A stretch of DNA of 64,000 nt. Origin: a virus. The DNA is taken from positions 1 through 64,000 of the IMG/VR virus record IMGVR_UViG_3300032224_001591; one strand, given 5' to 3'. Of the stretch, positions 53,941 through 62,300 are shown piece by piece (within the stretch, counting starts at the first letter, position 1; each line of letters opens with the position of its first letter). A program made the translations under genes and the position numbers. The notes beneath the pieces were generated by a model. It saw only the letters and a list, made by a program, of their open reading frames with translations, ran no database searches and was not told the DNA's origin.

Positions 53941-55086
53941 ATGAATATACCTATTTATAATGGCGTGTCTAATTTCCAACCAGGAGATACTCCGTTTGGA
54001 TTTTACGACAATGATCCTCAATTTCAGACAGATGCTAATAAAGTAACTAAATTTTGTGCTCAACGTTTAGGTTATCCTATTATGGATGTTGAGTTACAAA
54101 ACATAAACTTTTATACAGCTTTTGAAGAAGCAGTTACAACTTATGGTAATGAACTTTATGCGTTTAAGGTTAGAGATAACATGCTTACTTTTGAAGGACT
54201 ACCTACATCGTCTAATTTGAATCAAGCGCTTATTACGCCTTCATTCTCGACTATTGTACGTATGTCTCAACAATATGCTGAAGAAGCAGGTACTGGGGGT
54301 AATGTAACTTGGTATAGTGGTTCTATTCAATTACAACCTGGAGTTCAAGATTATGATTTAACAGATTGGGCAATTTCTCAAAGTATAACAGGTGGTATTG
54401 AAATTAAAAGAGTATTTTATTATCCACCACCAGCAATTAATCAAATGTATAGTCCTCTTACTTATGGAGGTTTAGGTGGTGTTCCGGCAGTTGGTACTTA
54501 TGGTTTAGGTTTTGGTCCTACAGGTTATCTTATGGTACCTACAAGTTTAACAATTCAAACAGCTCAGGCTATTGAAATGCAAAACCAAGTTACATTATCA
54601 AATTATACTTTTGAATTAATTAATAATATGTTAAGAATATTCCCAATGCCTGGCTTTGGAAATGTTTATGGTTATATGTCTATTGAATATATTACTTTAG
54701 ATGATAGAACAAATAGTGCGGTACAACAGACACCTGATAAAGTTACAAATGAATCAAATGTAAATTTTCAAAATCCAACATATTCATATATTAACTCTAT
54801 TGGTCGACAATGGATATTTGAATATACTTTAGCTTTATCTAAAGAAATGTTAGGATACGTTAGGGGAAAATATGGTTCAAATATTCCTATACCAGGAGAA
54901 GAAGTAACATTAAACCAGGATGCTTTGATAAATGCAGCAACTGCAGAAAAAGAAGCATTAGTTACAAGATTAAGAGAATATTTTGATCAAACATCAAAAC
55001 AATCTTTACTTGAAAGAAGAGTAGCAGAATCAGATGCTAGAGTAAAAGAAATTAATTATTCACCAATGACAATTTTTATAGGATAA
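53941..55086 (+). CDS. Neck/adaptor protein (gp13-like)
   Basis: CAQRLGYPIMDVEL, WIFEYTLALSKEMLG.VRGKY..IP.PG.EVTLN. Confidence 0.85.
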   Translation: MNIPIYNGVSNFQPGDTPFGFYDNDPQFQTDANKVTKFCAQRLGYPIMDVELQNINFYTAFEEAVTTYGNELYAFKVRDNMLTFEGLPTSSNLNQALITPSFSTIVRMSQQYAEEAGTGGNVTWYSGSIQLQPGVQDYDLTDWAISQSITGGIEIKRVFYYPPPAINQMYSPLTYGGLGGVPAVGTYGLGFGPTGYLMVPTSLTIQTAQAIEMQNQVTLSNYTFELINNMLRIFPMPGFGNVYGYMSIEYITLDDRTNSAVQQTPDKVTNESNVNFQNPTYSYINSIGRQWIFEYTLALSKEMLGYVRGKYGSNIPIPGEEVTLNQDALINAATAEKEALVTRLREYFDQTSKQSLLERRVAESDARVKEINYSPMTIFIG

Positions 55087-55087
55087 T

Positions 55088-55597
55088 ATGGCTATATTTG
55101 GCTCAGCTCGTGATGTAAGTATGTTCCGAAAGGTAAATAGAGAATTAATGGGTAACGTTATTTCTCAAGAGTGTGTTTATTATAAAGTAAATGAAGCTCA
55201 AACCCAAGTTAACATGTACGGCGAGCAACAAGGTGGAAGATATTTTTCTCCTCCTATCATATTTAACTGTTTAATTGAAGTAGGAGATCAAACCGCTCCG
55301 ACTAATGATGGATTAGTAGGATTTGATTGGCCTCTTACTTTTAGATTTTTAAGAGATGATCTAGTAGATGCTAATTTAGTCCCAGCTATTGGAGACTTTA
55401 TTATGTACCAAAATGCATATTGGGAAGTAGATAATGAAAATATGACCCACTTCTTCGTAGGTAAAGATCCAGATTATCCTTATAATGTTAACCCATTAAA
55501 TCCAGGATTAGAATTCTTTGGTTACAATGTTGATGTTATTTGTCAATGTCACTATGTACCACAAGATCGTATTAACATTGTAAACGCTAGATACTAA
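55088..55597 (+). CDS. Neck/head-closure protein (gp14-like)
   Basis: NMYGE, P.IGDFI.Y....WEV; follows the gp13-like gene. Confidence 0.7.
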   Translation: MAIFGSARDVSMFRKVNRELMGNVISQECVYYKVNEAQTQVNMYGEQQGGRYFSPPIIFNCLIEVGDQTAPTNDGLVGFDWPLTFRFLRDDLVDANLVPAIGDFIMYQNAYWEVDNENMTHFFVGKDPDYPYNVNPLNPGLEFFGYNVDVICQCHYVPQDRINIVNARY

Positions 55598-56538
55598 TGG
55601 CTACTAAAGGAAGAACCCCCATACCTAAAACCCAAAGAGAAATAAGTGTAGGTTTACATACCTCTACAGATCCTCAAGCAGGTAATCCTAACTATTTTTA
55701 TGAATCTCCTAAAAATAATAGGGCGTTACAAACATCATTTAAAGGTGATACTGTAAAACCTTTTAGTATTGGTATTCAAGATATTGATGAGGCAATATTA
55801 TATTATTTTACAGAAGTAATCCAACCATTTGTAATTCAAAATGGACAAAGAATATCAGTACCTATATTATATGCGTCTCCTGAAAAATGGAAATCAATGC
55901 AAAAAGATGGATATTATAGAGATGCTAAAGGTGCTCCTATGTATCCTTTAATTGTATTTAAAAGAGATACTATTACTAAAAATAGAGCAATTGCTAATAA
56001 ATTAGATGCTAATAACCCAAACAATTTTGGTGTATTTACTAAAAAATATTCCATAAAAGACGCTTACTCTAATTTTCATGTACTAAATAATAGAACCCCA
56101 GAAAAAACGTATTATGCAACTATTATGCCTGATTACGTTACTATAGAATATAGTTGTACTATATTTACTTATTATATAGAACAACTAAATAAAATTGTAG
56201 AAGCAATCAACTATGCTTCTGATGCATATTGGGGAGATCCTCAACGTTTTAAATTCCAAGCTCGTATTGATTCATTTAATACAATTAGCGAATTATCAGA
56301 TAATGCTGAAAGAGCAGTAAAAAGCACGTTTAATATAAAATTATATGGTCATTTAATTCCTAGTATTTTACAAAAAGATATTAATTCTATTAAGAAATTT
56401 ACAGATAAAACTAAAGTAATATTCTCTTTAGAAGCTACAGCTAATGCCGCTATTCTTTCAGGTGAAATTAATTCAGATGGTACAGCAATGACAGCAACGC
56501 AAAAAGCAGCTCAAAGAAAAGCAACAGGATTATCATAG
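55597..56538 (+). CDS. Tail terminator/sheath stabiliser (gp15-like)
   Basis: VPILYASPEKW, PLIVFKR, PDYVTIEY, QLNKIVE. Confidence 0.75.
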   Translation: MATKGRTPIPKTQREISVGLHTSTDPQAGNPNYFYESPKNNRALQTSFKGDTVKPFSIGIQDIDEAILYYFTEVIQPFVIQNGQRISVPILYASPEKWKSMQKDGYYRDAKGAPMYPLIVFKRDTITKNRAIANKLDANNPNNFGVFTKKYSIKDAYSNFHVLNNRTPEKTYYATIMPDYVTIEYSCTIFTYYIEQLNKIVEAINYASDAYWGDPQRFKFQARIDSFNTISELSDNAERAVKSTFNIKLYGHLIPSILQKDINSIKKFTDKTKVIFSLEATANAAILSGEINSDGTAMTATQKAAQRKATGLS

Positions 56539-56587
56539 CAAATTAGGTTTCAATATTTATAATAGAATAAAAATTTTTAAATAAGTA

Positions 56588-59329
56588 ATGGCTAGAGTTA
56601 GATTTTTAGACCAAGTCCCTGTTGGAGTATATGCGGTTGATGGAGCAACAGGTAGCGGTTCTGCCGGATTACCAGGTTCTTCAGGAACATCAGGCTCAAG
56701 TGGTTTAGCAGGAACTAGTGGTAGTTCAGGTCTTTCAGGTACTTCTGGTTCTTCAGGTTTATCAGGTACAGCAGGAACAACAGGAACATCAGGTTCAACT
56801 GGTACTTCAGGAAGTAGCGGAATAAACGGAACATCAGGCTCTTCAGGATTAAGTGGAACATCAGGTAGTTCAGGTTTAAGTGGTACAAGTGGTACTTCAG
56901 GATCTTCAGGTTCAACTGGTACTTCAGGTTCATCAGGAACTAGTGGTTCTTCAGGATTAAGCGGAACATCAGGTTCAAGCGGTTTAGCAGGAACTAGTGG
57001 TAGTTCAGGAATAACTCAAAATACAGGTTCATTATTAGTTACCGCATCTGCTGCAGGTAACGTAATTACTTTTACTAAAGGAGATACTTCAACATTTAAT
57101 GTTACTGTAGATACAGGTTCTACAGGTATTTTTGTCCAATCAGGATCTTCAAATGTATATTTTACTACTTCTTCTTTAAAAATTACAGGAAGTACACTAC
57201 AAACAGCTGGAGCTCCTCCTATAACAACTGTTGCTACTCAATCAGCAGGTAATAATTATGCTCTTGTAGTAAGTCAATCAGGATGGTTTTATAATGTTAA
57301 TGCCGGAGTACCAACATCAAATGCTTGGGGTACAAATTTATCTGGTTCTTATTTTAATAACTTTACAAGTAATACGGATGTTTCTGAAATTTTAAGATTT
57401 GTAGCGGGATTATTAAGTGCTTCAGCACCCGATGCTTCTCCAAATACAAGAACTTATAGTACTACTCTTACTGAGAATCAATTAAATAATGGAACAACTG
57501 CTTCCCCTTCTGGTTTTGTACCTCAATCAGCTACAAACTCAGATGTTACTTATTTAACAGTTAAAGGATTTGCACCTACCGGTTCAGCTTTATTTTCAGG
57601 TAAAACTATATATAGTAACTCAGCATTTTCAGCAAATTATTCAAGTATAGCTGCTGGTTCTACTCTAGTATCATCATCAGCAAACGCTCAATTATTTGGG
57701 TTAGGCCCTTTAACAAGTGGAGGTCCAACACAATTTAACGTTTCAGGAACAATTAACTGGTTCTATTCAGATAACAATAATGAAACTAGTACAGCTACTT
57801 CACAGTCTGAAAATATATTATCTCAATCATCTTTTGCAACAACAAATGGTTTAACATTAGCTAAAATTAATACAGCTAACCCATCTGTAATACCTGCAGC
57901 TTATCAAGATGGTTTATTTACTAACATTTATACTTCAAGTTTATATAATGGTGGCAGATCATTTACTAGTGTAAGTTCTTCAGGCTGGTATCATATTAGT
58001 TCTTCTATAAAGATATCTTCAGGAAGTTCAGCATACAGTACTCCTGCTACGGATAAATTAAGAATATTCTTTTCTCCAATAGGTAGTTTAACAATTCCAA
58101 ATAATACTTTAGCTTTAGGATATGCGGGTAATGCTCCAACAACAGCTACTTCACGTTCATTATCCGGAGCTCCTTATTTATTAACAGCTACTTGGGATAT
58201 TTCATCTTCAGTAACAGGATTATTTAGTCCTTTATATTATACTTCATCAACAATAGCCGATTTTAATAAATCAGATACTTTAATAACATTAGCAGGAACA
58301 ACAGCGGCTTCAACAGCTACGGGTACTGTTCAAACATCAAATGCTATTTATGATTCAACAGGTACAACTGCTAGAACAATTGGTACTATACCGTTTGAAA
58401 CAGATATAGTAAAACTTACCGGTTCATCAACATTTAATGCTGGTGCGGCTGGAGCTACTAATATTACTGTTAACTCAATATCACCAACAACATATTCTTT
58501 ATTAACAAGAGGTATAAATAAAAATGGTACTCAATCTACTGTAACTACTCAAACAATATCTTATTTTACCTCTGGTACTTTTTCACAACCTGTAGGTTCG
58601 GGTTCAATGGCTTATTATGGTAGAGCTCAAGGATATGATGGTGGTTCATTAACAGGTACTACAGAACAATTTAGTGGAGAAACATACAGACTTCAAATAA
58701 CAGGTTCTTTATTATCAGGATCATATGCTAATGGTACTAAATTTGTTACTGGCTCATATTCAGTTTATACTTTAGGTGCTTTAGACTTACAAGTAAAACC
58801 AGGATATTTAGTAAAACCATCAGGTTCTACAGCTAATGGATATTGGTTAGCAAACCCAAGTGAAGCTCAAACATACAAATATTATGCTAGAGCATTCCAA
58901 ACTAATGGAACTGTTTACAGTGCAATGACTATAAATGTAGGACAAACATTAACTCCATGGACTGGTTCAGCTAATAATGCTGTTTCTGTTTTAGTTATGT
59001 TTTCTTCTTCTGTAGCGGGTACTGCTATTCCTAGTGGTGGTGGTGCTACATTACCTAGAGCGGTTTTATTTGATCCAAGTGCATTGTCTAATTTATCAAT
59101 AGCAACCAATCAAGCACAAGATAATTTTTTAAATCCTTTTTCTTCATCAATTGATATAAAAGGAAATAACCAAGGAGGTTCAGGTCTTGTGGGAACTACA
59201 TATACTATTCCTCTTACTGATACTCTTAATCAATTATTAACATCTGTTTATAAAGATTTAATAGTTATGGTACGATATAATGGCCAACCAGCCACTCCAG
59301 TTTCAACAATAACCGTAGGATTTAGTTAA
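56588..59329 (+). CDS. Fibre/appendage protein with Gly-X-Y (GTS-GSS-GLS) segment
   Basis: N-terminal Gly-X-Y tract followed by a large S/T/G-rich beta region. Confidence 0.7.
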   Translation: MARVRFLDQVPVGVYAVDGATGSGSAGLPGSSGTSGSSGLAGTSGSSGLSGTSGSSGLSGTAGTTGTSGSTGTSGSSGINGTSGSSGLSGTSGSSGLSGTSGTSGSSGSTGTSGSSGTSGSSGLSGTSGSSGLAGTSGSSGITQNTGSLLVTASAAGNVITFTKGDTSTFNVTVDTGSTGIFVQSGSSNVYFTTSSLKITGSTLQTAGAPPITTVATQSAGNNYALVVSQSGWFYNVNAGVPTSNAWGTNLSGSYFNNFTSNTDVSEILRFVAGLLSASAPDASPNTRTYSTTLTENQLNNGTTASPSGFVPQSATNSDVTYLTVKGFAPTGSALFSGKTIYSNSAFSANYSSIAAGSTLVSSSANAQLFGLGPLTSGGPTQFNVSGTINWFYSDNNNETSTATSQSENILSQSSFATTNGLTLAKINTANPSVIPAAYQDGLFTNIYTSSLYNGGRSFTSVSSSGWYHISSSIKISSGSSAYSTPATDKLRIFFSPIGSLTIPNNTLALGYAGNAPTTATSRSLSGAPYLLTATWDISSSVTGLFSPLYYTSSTIADFNKSDTLITLAGTTAASTATGTVQTSNAIYDSTGTTARTIGTIPFETDIVKLTGSSTFNAGAAGATNITVNSISPTTYSLLTRGINKNGTQSTVTTQTISYFTSGTFSQPVGSGSMAYYGRAQGYDGGSLTGTTEQFSGETYRLQITGSLLSGSYANGTKFVTGSYSVYTLGALDLQVKPGYLVKPSGSTANGYWLANPSEAQTYKYYARAFQTNGTVYSAMTINVGQTLTPWTGSANNAVSVLVMFSSSVAGTAIPSGGGATLPRAVLFDPSALSNLSIATNQAQDNFLNPFSSSIDIKGNNQGGSGLVGTTYTIPLTDTLNQLLTSVYKDLIVMVRYNGQPATPVSTITVGFS
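56666..57010 (+). repeat. Uninterrupted Gly-X-Y coding repeat (~38 triplets, ~9-aa period)
   Basis: GLP GSS GTS GSS GLA GTS GSS GLS ... Confidence 0.9.
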
Positions 59330-59340
59330 AGATAACATAA

Positions 59341-62300
59341 ATGGCATTTGATAAAAATATAAAATCGAGTAGATTACTCCAAAGTAAAAGATATACTGAA
59401 GCAACCTTTGACAGTCAGGAAGCTTATACATCGGTATTGGATATAAATGCTACGGAAATTTACACCCAACAAAATTTAATCCCATCATCAAGTATTCCAT
59501 ATTCAGGTTCTAGTCAAAATAATCTTTATATTACGATTTCGGGTTCAAATATTTTACAATACTTATACAGATTACCATTAACACCTGGTCCCGCTTCAGG
59601 AAGTGTGTACCCAGTTTGGTTTGCTATTAGTTCTTCTAATACAGCATCTGTATCTAATCAAGTAATACAAGCAAATCAATTAACAAGTTTCATATCTAAC
59701 AAATATGCTGTACCAACATTAGGTCCATATGATGCTGAATCCGCATCTCCTAATACAGCATATAACGTCGTTCTTACAACAGGTGCTACTTCAGGCTCAG
59801 CTACAGTAGTATCAGTTAATGACTATACTTTTGATTATAAGCAAGGTGTTTTAGAGTTTATACAAAATGAACCTTCAACATCTTCTAAATTATATCTTAC
59901 TGCTTATCGATATGTAGGACAAACTTTAGATCAATCCCTAACATCAGGCAGTGGTGGTAGTGGATTTCCTTTTACAGGTTCTGCACAAATTACAGGTTCA
60001 TTAGGTGTTACAGGTAGTGTAAATTTTAAAACATTACCGGCTCAAGATATAGTTACTATTGTAACATACAATACAGCATCCGGACAATTAGGATATGTAA
60101 ACGTTACCTCAGGTACAAGTGGATTTGCCGGTTCTTCAGGAACCGCAGGGATATCAGGTACAAGTGGAACTACAGGTTCTTCAGGTAGTTCAGGATCTAA
60201 CGGTGCAAGTGGATCAAGCGGCGTAGCAGGTACTTCAGGTACAACTGGTTCAAGTGGATCTTCAGGAGTAGCAGGACAAAGTGGATTATCGGCAACTAGT
60301 GGAACAGCAGGTTCTACTGGTTCTAATGGTTCAAGTGGTGCTGCTGGTTCAAGTGGTTTAAGTGCATTAAGTGGAACTTCAGGTTCAACAGGTTCAAATG
60401 GATCTTCAGGAGCAGCAGGACAAAGTGGCTTAAGCGCTACATCCGGTTCTTCTGGTTCTACGGGTTCTAACGGTTCTAGTGGAGTTGCAGGTTCAAGTGG
60501 TCTTTCGGCTTTAAGCGGAACTTCAGGTTCAACGGGTTCAAATGGTTCAAGCGGTGCTGCTGGAGCTTCAGGTTTAAGTGCAACTAGTGGAACTTCAGGT
60601 TCTACTGGTTCTACGGGTTCAAATGGTGCCGCGGGTCAAAGTGGCTTAAGCGCTACTTCAGGCTCATCAGGTTCGACAGGTTCAAATGGTTCTACTGGTG
60701 TCGCAGGCACTAGTGGAAATAGTAATACAGCTGGTACTTCGGGTTCAACCGGTTCAACCGGTTCTTCAGGAAATGCTGGTCAAAGTGGTTTAAGTGCAAC
60801 TTCAGGAACAAGTGGTTCTACAGGTTCTAATGGATCTGCAGGAGTTGCAGGATTAAGTTCAACTTCAGGCTCTTCAGGCTCTTCAGGATCATCAGGTTCT
60901 TCAGGTGTAGCAGGTCAAAGTGGCTTAAGCGCTACTTCAGGTTCATCAGGTTCTACAGGATCTAGTGGTTCTTCAGGTGCGGCAGGATCGAGTGGTTTAA
61001 GTGTACTTAGTGGAACTTCAGGATCTACAGGTTCAAATGGTTCAAGCGGTGCGGATGGACAAAGTGGTTTAAGCGCTACCTCAGGCACAGCTGGATCTTC
61101 AGGCTCAACTGGTTCAAATGGTGCAGCGGGTCAAAGTGGATTATCTGCTACTTCAGGTTCATCAGGTTCATCAGGTTCAAGTGGTAGTTCAGGTGTTGCT
61201 GGTTCAAGCGGAGCTTCTGCTTTATCAGGTACATCCGGTTCTACAGGATCTAATGGTTCTTCAGGAACTGATGGAGCTAGTGGTTTATCTGCAACTAGTG
61301 GAACTTCAGGTTCTACTGGTTCTAATGGTTCGGCTGGTGTAGCAGGCCAAAGTGCAACTTCAGGTTCATCGGGTTCATCAGGTTCATCAGGATCTTCAGG
61401 TGTAGCTGGTCAAAGTGGTTTATCTGCAACTTCAGGATCTTCCGGTTCAACAGGATCAAGTGGCTCTTCAGGTGTAGCAGGTTCAAGTGGTTTAAGTGCA
61501 ACTAGTGGAACAAGTGGTTCTACAGGTTCAAATGGTAGCTCAGGTTTAGCAGGAAATAGTGGTGCTAGTGCAACATCGGGAACTTCAGGATCTACAGGAT
61601 CTACTGGTTCTAATGGTGCCGCTGGTCAAAGCGGTTTATCAGCAACTTCAGGAACTTCAGGTTCATCCGGTTCAAATGGTTCAACAGGCGTTGCTGGAAC
61701 TTCAGGTAATAGCCAAACTTCAGGTTCATCCGGTTCTTCAGGATCAAATGGATCTTCAGGTAATGCTGGAGCTTCAGGTTTAAGTAATACATCTGGATCT
61801 TCAGGTTCTTCAGGTTCAAATGGATCTTCAGGTGTAGCGGGTTCAAGCGGTTTATCTGCTTTAAGTGGAACAAGTGGTTCTACAGGTACGAACGGATCTA
61901 GCGGAGATGCAGGTTCAAATGGTTTATCTGCTTTATCAGGAACTTCAGGTTCAACTGGTTCCAATGGATCTAGTGGAGCAGCAGGTTCAAATGGCTTATC
62001 TACTTTAAGTGGAACTTCAGGTTCAACAGGATCTAATGGTTCTTCAGGAGCTGCAGGTCAAAGTGGTTTAAGCGCAACTAGCGGAACAGCAGGTTCTGCT
62101 GGTTCTACAGGTTCAAATGGTGCCGCCGGTCAAAGCGGTTTAAGTTCAACATCAGGTTCTTCAGGTACTTCAGGTTCAAACGGATCTACAGGTAATGCTG
62201 GAACTTCAGGAAATAGTAATACAGCCGGAACATCCGGTTCAACAGGTTCTACAGGTTCATCAGGTATTGCTGGACAAAGCGGTTTATCAGCAACTAGTGG

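Larger units (their letters stand above)
307..56560 (+). promoter_or_regulatory. Dispersed putative late promoter ATATTTAT
   Basis: Copies at 307, 815, 2982, 3913, 6482, 9554, 19413, 24455, 30831, 35619, 38433, 42543, 44677, 46608, 52753, 53490 and 56553, each shortly before a start codon; variant ATATGTAT at 49687. Confidence 0.7.
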
